Source: a virus. Taken from it: a stretch of 64,000 bases of DNA. Numbering within the stretch: position 1 is the first letter of the stretch; each line of letters opens with the position of its first letter. Position numbers and translations under genes: made by a program. The stretch spans positions 1 through 64,000 of the IMG/VR virus record IMGVR_UViG_3300042520_002054. One strand, written 5' to 3'. Below are positions 10,512-19,847 of the stretch, in pieces. Under the pieces are notes generated by a model. That model saw nothing but the letters and a program-made list of their open reading frames with translations. It was not told the DNA's origin and ran no database searches.

Positions 10512-12296
10512 TTAAACTATACCGCCATTACCACCATCACAAGGATCAGAAAGATCTGTAATTGCTGCCGTACAGTCTGCGTATGATTGCAATACGACTG
10601 GTGCAGAAACTATTTGATCAGATGTAGCAATTACTTCCCAAGCATAAGGTGCATTTGCAGAACCAGAAATGCTAACTCCGGCACCAATTGCTAACTGTGA
10701 AGAACTACGAACATTTATAATTCCGCTACTTGTACCACAACATCTAGCTACTTGATAATAATAGTAAGTAGTTCCACTTCCAGCAATTGTACTAAACAAT
10801 TGACCATAGCTTGCAGAAGTTCCACATTCATAATTTACAGAAACTTCTATTCTATAAGAAGATGAAGCACTTAAAAGATTGAAGAAGTAGGTACTTTGAG
10901 ATGTTTGAATTGTCTGATATGTAATACTTCCAGAATTATTTTTAAGCGCTACAGTATAGCTGCTAATTGGTGTAGAACCACCTGTAGGTGGTACCCATAC
11001 AACTTCCAAGCTATTTGCGGTGGCTTGTACTAAACTAATACTGCTTACAGCAGGTTTACTACAGCTAAATGTAGATGTTTTAACAGCTGTTTTAGAACAT
11101 GTTAAACCTGATCCAGTATATGTAGTTGTAAGTGTAAATGTTAAATCCTTATCGGTAGGTACATCTGGTGTAAGTGAAGCAAGATTAATTTCAAAAGGAC
11201 CGCCATCAGGTGATGTAAAATTACCTAGTGTAAATGGTACGTCTACAAAGTTTGCACCATTATTCCATGAAATTCTAACTTTTGTACCGGATTGCTCTGT
11301 TAATCCGCTAGGAATTGTAGATAAACCAGCAAATGTCAAAGATGCTGAAGTTCTTTGTTGATTTACTGCAAGTAAAAAGTCGATAACAAGATCAGTACAT
11401 TTGATAGAGGTAACAACACCTAAGTCATCTACACGATCTCTCATATCACAAATAGTCAACCAAAGATTATTAATTGTATCAGCTAAACTTTGTGGATTAT
11501 TTACCCAACCTGGTAACTGTGCCATTACAGCAGTACCATTACCTGATAATTGGAATTGACTTCCTAAATTGTTGCATTGTTTTGTAAGCGCTTGAAGAAT
11601 CTGGGTGGTAGTACCTGTTGTGGTTCTCAAATCACAGAATTCATCTTCAAGTGCTAAAAAAGCATTTTGAATTGTAGTTGGTGTTCCTGGTGTTCCCACA
11701 CACTGTGGTGTAACATTTACAGAAGCTGAACCACCTCCGCCAGAAGTATTTTCTAATGTTGTAACTCTAGATTCAAGATTTGTAATTCTTGTATTATGAG
11801 CAGCAATATCTAAAATTAAATCACAAATTTCTGCTGCTAATTTTCTGCTATATGCAGTGTGTTCTAAAACCTCAACAAAGTCGCCATCTTCATTTGTATA
11901 GCGAAGAGCAGGAGGAAGTAACACATTTACGGGTTCTGGTGCAGGACGACCACCTGTATTAAGCAAATCTTCTAATTCACATGTTTTATCAATTAACAAT
12001 TGAAGCAACTGAATTAGAGTTTGAGGATCAGACTGGTACTGCTCAACAAGGCATTTGAAATCTAGTGTTGATATATCGATTACTCCGTTGGTAGACTCAC
12101 AAAGTAAAGTTGCAAGTTTATAGACAACGTCATCAATAGTATCACCCTTACAAAGATTAATGCAAGGGATATCTGGACCCTGCCATATCACACATTGTGA
12201 TGATACAGCTGAGCAGCCGGGGGTTGTATTGTTCTTTACAGGTTTCATCCTTATAGTGTCTTTATATGCTCGGTAATTTTGTTTAAAGAACAACAA
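10512..12296 (-). CDS. Tail fibre-like protein (Cys-rich N-terminus, coiled coil, FN3)
   Basis: CVIWQGPDIPCINL N-terminal motif, heptads RITNLESRVTTLE, FN3-like LEVVWVPP...YRIEV; true start probably at MKPVK. Confidence 0.7.
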   Translation of the reverse strand: MLFFKQNYRAYKDTIRMKPVKNNTTPGCSAVSSQCVIWQGPDIPCINLCKGDTIDDVVYKLATLLCESTNGVIDISTLDFKCLVEQYQSDPQTLIQLLQLLIDKTCELEDLLNTGGRPAPEPVNVLLPPALRYTNEDGDFVEVLEHTAYSRKLAAEICDLILDIAAHNTRITNLESRVTTLENTSGGGGSASVNVTPQCVGTPGTPTTIQNAFLALEDEFCDLRTTTGTTTQILQALTKQCNNLGSQFQLSGNGTAVMAQLPGWVNNPQSLADTINNLWLTICDMRDRVDDLGVVTSIKCTDLVIDFLLAVNQQRTSASLTFAGLSTIPSGLTEQSGTKVRISWNNGANFVDVPFTLGNFTSPDGGPFEINLASLTPDVPTDKDLTFTLTTTYTGSGLTCSKTAVKTSTFSCSKPAVSSISLVQATANSLEVVWVPPTGGSTPISSYTVALKNNSGSITYQTIQTSQSTYFFNLLSASSSYRIEVSVNYECGTSASYGQLFSTIAGSGTTYYYYQVARCCGTSSGIINVRSSSQLAIGAGVSISGSANAPYAWEVIATSDQIVSAPVVLQSYADCTAAITDLSDPCDGGNGGIV

Positions 12297-12481
12297 GAAC
12301 TTGCAAGCTTCATTTCATTTCTGTCTAGTTCGAGTGATCTTTTGTAGACTTCTCTAATGTCAGCAAGATGATCTATCTCTAAAGGTTTAGGGCAGGATTT
12401 AATACCATAACGCTTTGCTTTGAATGCTTTGTAAGTAGCATCAGCAAACAGACCGTCAATATGTTCTAATACCTCGCTCAT
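12251..12481 (-). CDS. Small hypothetical protein of the structural block
   Basis: 76 aa ORF coupled to its neighbours. Confidence 0.6.
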   Translation of the reverse strand: MSEVLEHIDGLFADATYKAFKAKRYGIKSCPKPLEIDHLADIREVYKRSLELDRNEMKLASSCCSLNKITEHIKTL

Positions 12482-12609
12482 TTTGTTTTTAAAGATTCTT
12501 CATATTGCGCAATACATTGAGAGCAACATTTTGTTCCATCAGATGCTGTTTTTACTTGGCATCCACAAGTAATTTTAGTTCCACAATTTGTACAAGTGTT
12601 GGTACTCAT
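12478..12609 (-). CDS. 43-aa Cys-rich microprotein (not in ORF track)
   Basis: MSTNTCTNCGTKITCGCQVKTASDGTKCCSQCIAQYEESLKTK*; AAACCAAAGAAT leader; stop overlaps the next start (ATGA). Confidence 0.75.
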   Translation of the reverse strand: MSTNTCTNCGTKITCGCQVKTASDGTKCCSQCIAQYEESLKTK

Positions 12610-12620
12610 ATTCTTTGGTT

Positions 12621-13259
12621 TTAGTGACAGTTACAACTTCTTGTATAGGGTGTTCCGCATGAAATGCAACAACCGCTATGATATTTATTTAAAAGCTTTT
12701 CAGCATATGTCATCATATCAATTGCTTGTGCAGGTGCATGACATTGTTCAGCTTTAGCTTTTGCACCATCTAAATACAACTTAATGTATCTTAAATCGTG
12801 AAGTTTTTTGTGGAGTTCTGCAGTAGGTTCGCATTTCTCCAATTGAAGTCTACAAAGTTCAGCTGCATATGCATTCATAATCTTTGTAGTTCTTAAATGA
12901 TAATATTCAACGAAAACTTTTTCGTTAGGACTTATAGAATATCTAATCTTATAAAGTCCATCGGGTAACCCGATGAGATTTTCTGACTGAGGATGCTGTA
13001 ATCCTAAATCAATAGCACTAATATTTTTAGAAAATCCTTGCGTAAGACCTTCGGTAATAAACACAGGTTCCTGAAATCCGGGAAGATAAATATCCAGACG
13101 AGGACATTCTACAGGCAATCCGGTACCATATACTGACGCATCAACAATGCGCAGTATCGTTGGAACTGCTGTATCTGGGATATCTAATGCTAAATAATGT
13201 TTGATTGCCATAACATGTACCTCTACAATAAAATTTACAAAAAAGTCTCCATAAAGCAA
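12621..13259 (-). CDS. Conserved structural-block protein
   Basis: LPDGLYKIRYS motif as in crAss-like fibre-associated proteins; likely start at MAIKHY. Confidence 0.55.
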   Translation of the reverse strand: MLYGDFFVNFIVEVHVMAIKHYLALDIPDTAVPTILRIVDASVYGTGLPVECPRLDIYLPGFQEPVFITEGLTQGFSKNISAIDLGLQHPQSENLIGLPDGLYKIRYSISPNEKVFVEYYHLRTTKIMNAYAAELCRLQLEKCEPTAELHKKLHDLRYIKLYLDGAKAKAEQCHAPAQAIDMMTYAEKLLNKYHSGCCISCGTPYTRSCNCH

Positions 13260-13302
13260 AAAAGGAGAGGAGAGTTTTTTGCTCTCGCTCTCCCTTTTGC
13301 TT
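13255..13302 (-). terminator. Terminator hairpin after the abundant structural gene
   Basis: Inverted repeat AGCAAAA..GGAGAG..GAGAG / CTCTC..CTCTCC..TTTTGCT. Confidence 0.6.
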
Positions 13303-13318
13303 AGGTTATATGTTTACC

Positions 13319-14470
13319 TTAGAGTGTCTCTAGAGCAACACTATTACCAGCAGCAGCAAGAGCTGCGTCGATAAATGTTTCAAAGTCAGCATCAGGAGCA
13401 GAAACAACTACTTTAATCAAGTATTGATCAGCATCCATCATACCGCTAGGATTGCTAGAACGAGGTACACTGTGAAGGATGTAGTAAGCACCATAAGATG
13501 CAGTACGGCTGATGCTACCCAAAGTGGTATCATCAAGAACTTCACGCAAACGAGCATCAGTTTGGAAAGGCTCTTGCTCGTAACGCTTGCTAAGGATAAG
13601 TTCACGAAGAACAGTCTCACCAAAACCTTTACCTTGAGCAGCAGCTTGTACTTGTGCAACTGAGAAACAGTTACTAGCGCAAGGATCACCATTATCTTCC
13701 AAAGCAGAAGCGTAGATTTGAATAGGCTCAAGTTCTACATGATCCATTGGAGAGAAAGAACAGTCACCAAATTTGGTATCTACATAAGCTCCAGTCAATC
13801 GCAACTTAGCAGCTTTTTCAGCAGCAGGAAGTGCAATCCAAGCAGAAGTTTTAGTAGTAGAAGTTCCAGTTACAACACCTTGTGCGTTCTTAGTGATGTA
13901 CAATACAGCAGCAGAAATGAATTTGCTCAAGATAGGATCAGCAGCGATCTCAGCTTTCCAAGCTTCAAATACAGTCTCAACACCTACAGGAGTGTTAGAT
14001 GAATCGCAACATCCAGTGTAGCTATCCAAAGTCTTGTAGACATTGTGAGTCAAGAAACGAAGAGCGGGTGAACCTTTTACATCCAAGCGAAGACGTACAG
14101 TCTTTTCGCAAGGGATAGTGCAATAATCATCTTCACCAACAGTGATGATTTGATTTACAGGAGCTGCAGGAGCAACATAGTAAAACTTGCTAACAAATTT
14201 AGGATTAATACCTTTAGTCTTAACAGACTCTTTGTAACCTCCGTGGAAAGGTCCGATCTTGTCGGAAGTGTGGAAGCTACCTTGAGCAAGGTAAAACAAT
14301 TTGGTAGCAGGAGCTGCAGTCAGGTCCTGAATAGCATTGGTCTTAGCGTCAATTACAGACACTTTACCAGGGTGAGATTCCAAAGTCACAACGTGCTCGG
14401 AAGTGCTCGAACTTTTCAATCCGTTAGTACCAACTAGTACCTTCTGGAATGCATGGGGAAAGTAAGCCAT
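13319..14470 (-). CDS. Abundant virion protein (auxiliary capsid protein candidate)
   Basis: 383 aa, strongly biased codon usage like the MCP, downstream of the MCP. Confidence 0.6.
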   Translation of the reverse strand: MAYFPHAFQKVLVGTNGLKSSSTSEHVVTLESHPGKVSVIDAKTNAIQDLTAAPATKLFYLAQGSFHTSDKIGPFHGGYKESVKTKGINPKFVSKFYYVAPAAPVNQIITVGEDDYCTIPCEKTVRLRLDVKGSPALRFLTHNVYKTLDSYTGCCDSSNTPVGVETVFEAWKAEIAADPILSKFISAAVLYITKNAQGVVTGTSTTKTSAWIALPAAEKAAKLRLTGAYVDTKFGDCSFSPMDHVELEPIQIYASALEDNGDPCASNCFSVAQVQAAAQGKGFGETVLRELILSKRYEQEPFQTDARLREVLDDTTLGSISRTASYGAYYILHSVPRSSNPSGMMDADQYLIKVVVSAPDADFETFIDAALAAAGNSVALETL

Positions 14471-14496
14471 TTTTTAAAAGATTTAGGGTTAAAAGA

Positions 14497-14877
14497 TTAT
14501 TTTAGAAATTTTAGTTTGTAGAGTGTTTGCGCAGTCAGTTGTGCTATTTCATCAATCTGATTTTGCACCCACCCTTCACTATATAATATACGCTTTTCTT
14601 CCAACATATTGTAGAACTCTGTTAAAATTTCTACAGAACTTGTTGGTTGAGTTGAAGTTGGGATTGTAATTTCTTGCAATCCATGAATACCTTGAATACC
14701 TTCTGCTAAACCATCAATTAGATCTAACAATGCAGTATAAAACTCATCTAATGCTTTATGCTCTGAATAACTTCTTGTTGAAAGATGAATAAGATGAATC
14801 TGATCTCTTACACCAAATAAGTTTCCCAGGAATTCAGCATATGAGCTTGATGGTCTTTTAATAGTCCTTTGTATCAT
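14497..14877 (-). CDS. Ferritin/Dps-like four-helix protein (DUF5856-like)
   Basis: H.IH..TRSYSEHKALDEFY..L..LID.LAE...G pattern and C-terminal IDEI.....QTLYKL. Confidence 0.7.
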   Translation of the reverse strand: MIQRTIKRPSSSYAEFLGNLFGVRDQIHLIHLSTRSYSEHKALDEFYTALLDLIDGLAEGIQGIHGLQEITIPTSTQPTSSVEILTEFYNMLEEKRILYSEGWVQNQIDEIAQLTAQTLYKLKFLK

Positions 14878-15575
14878 TACGAGTTATTTTGTGCGTTTGA
14901 TTTATTACGCTGATACTGACTAAAGTTTTCAATGTCGCCGGCAAGGATTGCAACTGCTTCATCGATAATGATTTCAACAATATCGTCCTTAAACTCTGAT
15001 TCTACATTTGTACCAACTGCTCCTGTTGAAATGTTAACGCATCCGTCAAAATTTATAGGTCTTGGTAATCTGTAGTAAGTAAGAGTTGTTTTCTCAATAT
15101 TGAATGTTTTATCAGTATAAATTCTGCATCTATTGTTTCCCATAGTACAGAAAGTTTCACCCCATTCAAATGACGGTTTTCTAAACGCATCATAGAGAAG
15201 ATTGTCAACATCTCCAACTTCAGCTAAATAAACAACAACAGGTCTAGATGGGCAGCATTCGTCTTTAGCGATTGCAGTCATTCTCTTGAAATACAAATAG
15301 TTTGCAGGAAGCTTGTCTGTTTCAAAATATGTTTCATATCCTGAACCCGGTAGCACTGCTTCACTTACAAGAATTTGAAGATCATCAATCATAATTTTTG
15401 ATGCTTCATCACCCTGCTTGCGAATATTTGTACCTGCAACTTGTCTACGTACCCACTCTAGCTGAGCTTTGTTGAAAGCTTCAACAATCTGCCAGCATTC
15501 CAAGTTGTCATAATCAAGAGAAGCTAGTTTATTTAACCGCTCCTTAAACTTGATTTGTAACAGGTTGTTGTTCAT
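14877..15575 (-). CDS. Head-tail ring/adaptor protein
   Basis: FNKAQLEWV...LPANYLY...LTYYRLP; crAss synteny two genes after the MCP. Confidence 0.6.
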   Translation of the reverse strand: MNNNLLQIKFKERLNKLASLDYDNLECWQIVEAFNKAQLEWVRRQVAGTNIRKQGDEASKIMIDDLQILVSEAVLPGSGYETYFETDKLPANYLYFKRMTAIAKDECCPSRPVVVYLAEVGDVDNLLYDAFRKPSFEWGETFCTMGNNRCRIYTDKTFNIEKTTLTYYRLPRPINFDGCVNISTGAVGTNVESEFKDDIVEIIIDEAVAILAGDIENFSQYQRNKSNAQNNS

Positions 15576-15589
15576 TTAGTTATCAGTAT

Positions 15590-16603
15590 TTAGCTATTCC
15601 AATATTTTTCTACAGTTCTTGTGAGATCGGCAAGAATTTCTTCATTCAAAGGATTCTTTAGATACTCAACAATTTCAGAAGGATTTTTACCCAACATTGT
15701 ACTACTACTCATATGGTAAATATATCCGTCAGCTCTTGTCGCAAGAAGCTTATAGAAAGTTCCATCTTTTACAATTGAACGCAGCTTGAGTGTTTCCATA
15801 TCCAAACTGCAGATTTCTAAGAAGCGTTCTGCTGTTTTACGCTTATCTCTATCAACCGATTCACCATTGATGTATTTATCCATATTATCATACATCACAT
15901 CAATTGGTGTGCTCTTGCGATATTGAGTAGAACTTGCATCTACAACCTTACATACATAGAACAATTTATTAGCGTTCTTGTCATAAAGTTTTTGAAGTTC
16001 TGAAAGCGCTTTATTTCTAAGTTTTTTAACCTCAGTTTTAATAGCTGCAGTCTCTTCATATTTATCTAAGTAAAACTTAGGAGGAACTGCTCTATTTCTA
16101 GCATCATCAAGACTTTTTGCAATGATTGAAAAACCACCAGCTTCAATAGCTCTAAGTTTAATCAAATCGTAAGCATCTTTAGCAGGATCTAAGAACATTG
16201 GTTCATTTCCGCAACGAAGAACAATTTTACTCCAGAAATCGTCATTGTTAGGTTTCAAGAGTTTTACTTTGTTCCAGAACTCTTTGTCATCAGGATCTAC
16301 TTCATTAGAAGCAAGTTCTCTTTCAAGACTACTTACAATCTTTCTAATCTCTTTGATTGCAGCATTTCTTTCGTCTTCATCCAATCTCTTCAGTTCCGGA
16401 GCAAATTCATTAAGACCTGTTACATAACGTTTGATTCCGTTGTTTTCCAAACATGCTAACTGTTCTTCATGGAATACTCCTTCAAACAGTGACATGTTGT
16501 AACGTTCTAGACCCATATTAGATGAGCCATTGTCTACGTAAGGTCGAATAGCAATCGTGCTACTTCTCTTCAGAGAATTGTGTTTCTCAATCATTGTTTC
16601 CAT
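15590..16603 (-). CDS. Conserved crAss-like structural protein downstream of the MCP
   Basis: 337 aa ORF; synteny. Confidence 0.55.
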   Translation of the reverse strand: METMIEKHNSLKRSSTIAIRPYVDNGSSNMGLERYNMSLFEGVFHEEQLACLENNGIKRYVTGLNEFAPELKRLDEDERNAAIKEIRKIVSSLERELASNEVDPDDKEFWNKVKLLKPNNDDFWSKIVLRCGNEPMFLDPAKDAYDLIKLRAIEAGGFSIIAKSLDDARNRAVPPKFYLDKYEETAAIKTEVKKLRNKALSELQKLYDKNANKLFYVCKVVDASSTQYRKSTPIDVMYDNMDKYINGESVDRDKRKTAERFLEICSLDMETLKLRSIVKDGTFYKLLATRADGYIYHMSSSTMLGKNPSEIVEYLKNPLNEEILADLTRTVEKYWNS

Positions 16604-16752
16604 ACTTGGTTTTTGTTGGTTTATGTTTTTGCAACTATTAGTTTAAAGCTTCTGAACCACGTCAAGGTTGTTACATCTCAGAAGAAACCTGGGTTGCCCC
16701 AGGTGAGTCGGAATTAACCGACATCGAGGAGGTGGAAGATTATAAAAGCAAA

Positions 16753-16776
16753 ACTGGGGGAATGGTTACCCCCAGA
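16753..16776 (-). terminator. Terminator after the major capsid gene
   Basis: Minus strand reads CTGGGGG-TAACCATT-CCCCCAG-TTTTGCTTTT. Confidence 0.8.
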
Positions 16777-16793
16777 TTTACTATAGGTTTAGG

Positions 16794-18416
16794 TTAGAAA
16801 GAACCACCAGTGATTGGGTTTCTCATAACGATTTTCAACACTTTGGTCGGGTCTTTTACCCACAAAGCAGGCATCGTTTGAGTCATGAACACACGGTATC
16901 CGTTAAAGTTTCCGCTAGAAGAGAAACCTTGAGTACGTCCCATGTAGTCCATAGTACCGTTCTGATAGAACCACTTCAACTCGTTATCCCACTGCAACTT
17001 CAACAAGAAGATATTGTCGTTAGTGTTATCAGTGATATCGAATACGATAAAGTTGTAGCTAGACAGAGGGAAACCATCGATAATTGGGTTTTCAATATCG
17101 TTAGTGTGAACGTTGTCAAATGCAGGGTTCAACACAAACTTAACGTTTGCCAAGAAAGGAATGGTGTAGCTAGTGAAAGCGAATCCGAAGTTCAGATCCA
17201 TTCCTTGACCAGTGATAGCACCGATGTCAGCAGCTTGTACTACAAGACCTGCACCCAATGCTTCCTTCTTGATAGCTTCGTTAACCATCTTCATACCAGC
17301 CATACCAGTTTGAACGATGATCTGACGCTTAGGATCTGGTCCTTTAAATTCAACTTTACCATTGTAGAAGTTGAAAATTTCGCTACGGAAAAGCTCAAGG
17401 TTGAAAGAACCTTTGTTGTAGATACGCTTGAAAGAGTTATCCAACTGCTTCCAAAGACCCACAGACAAACGGATATCATCCGGACCATCTTGCTTAACGC
17501 GACCACCTTGTCCCCACATCAAGTAGGTTTCAATGTCAGTTGCAATTTTAGTCAAGTGAGCTGCTTCAAGGTTGGTAACGAAAGAGCGAGACAAAGTACC
17601 GCTTTCGTAAGCACGCTTGATGTAGTCTTTACCCATTTTAGCAACCATAGCGTCGATAGAAGTGATCGCAGGATCAATGTTCTTATCGAAAGAACGCCAG
17701 ATTTCAGTTACAGGTACGCTACCATCAGCATTCATACCACCTTTCATCATCAAGTCTGCACGGCTAGATACACTGTAGTGTACGTGAGCTTCAGCACCAC
17801 CTACGTAGTTGTAGAACTCACGGAAACCAGCGCTCAATTCACCGATGTCAGAGAAACGCTCACCATACTCACCACGAGCAGAACCTTTACGGAAAAGCTT
17901 GGTACCAGGCTTAACAAAGTTTTTGTCAAGACCTTTCTGGTTGTCGTTGTTTACAAGCTGAACAGTGTAAAGGAAACCGTCACCAGTAGGAAGAATGTCT
18001 TCAGCGGTAACGTACATTTCAGCACCGTTGTACTTGTCATAAGTGATGATATCACCATGACCGAAAGAACGCTTGTTAATTTTGATTTTGAAAGTGGTAC
18101 CATCTTTACCAACATTTGCAGAAGCGCCTGGTTCAGCGTCTTCAGTAATGTAAGGAAGATCTTGTACAATAGGTGTTTGCCATTTGTACTCACCACGAGG
18201 ATTGTTTACGTTGATGGTATTTTTACCACCGAAAGATGCCATCTGATAAAGAGGCATTTCTACCTTCTGTGTCATTGCCCACAAGTCTACAGGACCCAAA
18301 TCCATGGGTTCAGAGCTTTTAAGCATGTTCACAAGATGGTAGCTGTCCACATGAGAGCTAACTTTGTAGCTAGTGTCTCTCAGGAATAGACCATTGTTAA
18401 GAACAGGTGTACTCAT
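16794..18416 (-). CDS. Major capsid protein (crAss-like)
   Basis: 540 aa, highly optimised codons, YKWQTP near the N-terminus, IIVQTGMAG motif; order terminase-portal-scaffold-MCP. Confidence 0.85.
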   Translation of the reverse strand: MSTPVLNNGLFLRDTSYKVSSHVDSYHLVNMLKSSEPMDLGPVDLWAMTQKVEMPLYQMASFGGKNTINVNNPRGEYKWQTPIVQDLPYITEDAEPGASANVGKDGTTFKIKINKRSFGHGDIITYDKYNGAEMYVTAEDILPTGDGFLYTVQLVNNDNQKGLDKNFVKPGTKLFRKGSARGEYGERFSDIGELSAGFREFYNYVGGAEAHVHYSVSSRADLMMKGGMNADGSVPVTEIWRSFDKNIDPAITSIDAMVAKMGKDYIKRAYESGTLSRSFVTNLEAAHLTKIATDIETYLMWGQGGRVKQDGPDDIRLSVGLWKQLDNSFKRIYNKGSFNLELFRSEIFNFYNGKVEFKGPDPKRQIIVQTGMAGMKMVNEAIKKEALGAGLVVQAADIGAITGQGMDLNFGFAFTSYTIPFLANVKFVLNPAFDNVHTNDIENPIIDGFPLSSYNFIVFDITDNTNDNIFLLKLQWDNELKWFYQNGTMDYMGRTQGFSSSGNFNGYRVFMTQTMPALWVKDPTKVLKIVMRNPITGGSF

Positions 18417-18456
18417 TTTTGAAAGGGTTTAGGATTAAATGATATTTGTTAATGGT

Positions 18457-19707
18457 TTAACTTCTTCTGAATATATTTGACGGACGAGGTATTTTTCTTC
18501 CGACTTTTTCTTCTTTGTCGTCAGCTGCTGTTCCTGCAATTTTTCGTGCTTCTTCAGTTTTCAGCTTACGAACTGTGTCTTGTGTTGCCTGGTTCTTTGC
18601 TTGTTGACGAATCTGATCTTTATATGCATCAGGATCTGCTAACAACCAAAGTGCTTCAGCAACTAAATCATATCTGGGTTCTTGGAACTGATACTTCTCA
18701 AGAAGATGTCCCAGTAGATTTGTTTGCTTACCCGACATTGACTGATATTTAGCGTCAGTTAATTCTGAGAACAAGAATGTTTGAACGCGTTTGTCAATTT
18801 TTACACCGTTCAACTCACCAACTTTAAGCGTTTCGTATACATTATTCATGTAATCACGAGCAGCTTTTTCTTGTTGTTTCTTGTATTGCTCTTGACGCTG
18901 AATCTGCTCTTCAAGAATTTCTTCTTGCATTTTCTCAAGTTTGGGTTTGAAACTACCAGCTTTCTTTTCAAGTGTTCCAAAGTCTTCCCATTCCTTAATT
19001 TGCTCTTCAATATCTGTGTCGCTACCAAAACTGGTTGCTCTCAAATATTGACGTACCACATGGTGAGCATCTGCTTCAGGATCAAAAGACTTAGTCTCTT
19101 CAACTTGAGCAAGAGCACGGAACAAACCTTTAATATCTGTTCCACCATTTGCTACGTAACGAGCTGCATATTGCAGTTCATCGGGTAGTGATTCAAAGAA
19201 CTCTTTAGGAGTTTGGTCTCTAATCGCTTGTTCGCGTTCTTGGAAGTTTGCTTCTAACAGCTCTTTCCAGTCTTTCATAGAGTACTCCTCTAGTTTTTTA
19301 TCATCTTCAAAGGGGATAATAAGACCCTCTTCAATCAACTTAGCGAATGTTTCAACCATTCCGCTTTTGTCAACTTTTTTCCTTCCTGCTTTAGAAGACA
19401 ATTCATCATCGTCATCATCTCCAGTTGGATTAAGATCGTCTAATACATCATCTGTATTAATTGGATCTTTTTTATCATCTGCTGCTTGATCTTTTTTATC
19501 ATCAGCAGTGTCATCTTTTTTTTCATCATCATCTTCAAGAAAACTCATATCAACTGCTGCGTTTCTTGAAAAGAGACTTGGTTTTTTTGTGTCGCTCTTT
19601 CCGTCTCCGATTACTACATCATCTGCACTAGGCATAGGTAGAAAATCATCAATGTCAGAGAGCGTTACAGATTCTACTTGCGTAGACTGGTTTTTTTCTG
19701 TAGCCAT
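18457..19707 (-). CDS. Acidic scaffolding-like protein
   Basis: Asp-rich disordered N-terminus and coiled coils; between portal and MCP. Confidence 0.7.
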   Translation of the reverse strand: MATEKNQSTQVESVTLSDIDDFLPMPSADDVVIGDGKSDTKKPSLFSRNAAVDMSFLEDDDEKKDDTADDKKDQAADDKKDPINTDDVLDDLNPTGDDDDDELSSKAGRKKVDKSGMVETFAKLIEEGLIIPFEDDKKLEEYSMKDWKELLEANFQEREQAIRDQTPKEFFESLPDELQYAARYVANGGTDIKGLFRALAQVEETKSFDPEADAHHVVRQYLRATSFGSDTDIEEQIKEWEDFGTLEKKAGSFKPKLEKMQEEILEEQIQRQEQYKKQQEKAARDYMNNVYETLKVGELNGVKIDKRVQTFLFSELTDAKYQSMSGKQTNLLGHLLEKYQFQEPRYDLVAEALWLLADPDAYKDQIRQQAKNQATQDTVRKLKTEEARKIAGTAADDKEEKVGRKIPRPSNIFRRS

Positions 19708-19847
19708 AATTTAAGTGTTGGTTTCTTTGTTGTTCTACATTAATAATCTACACATTATTATTTATTTCTAAACTTTCAAAAGTTAGTTTATGAAATATAT
19801 GTGTGACATTTTTCGGATTATATCGCTAACAAGTTTTCAGGATTTTA

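Noticed and set aside
16878-18389. 503-aa plus-strand ORF antisense to the major capsid gene
   Set aside because: Shadow ORF produced by the strong codon bias of the MCP; no recognisable motifs. The same applies to antisense ORFs over 9-14 kb and 18.5-19.7 kb.
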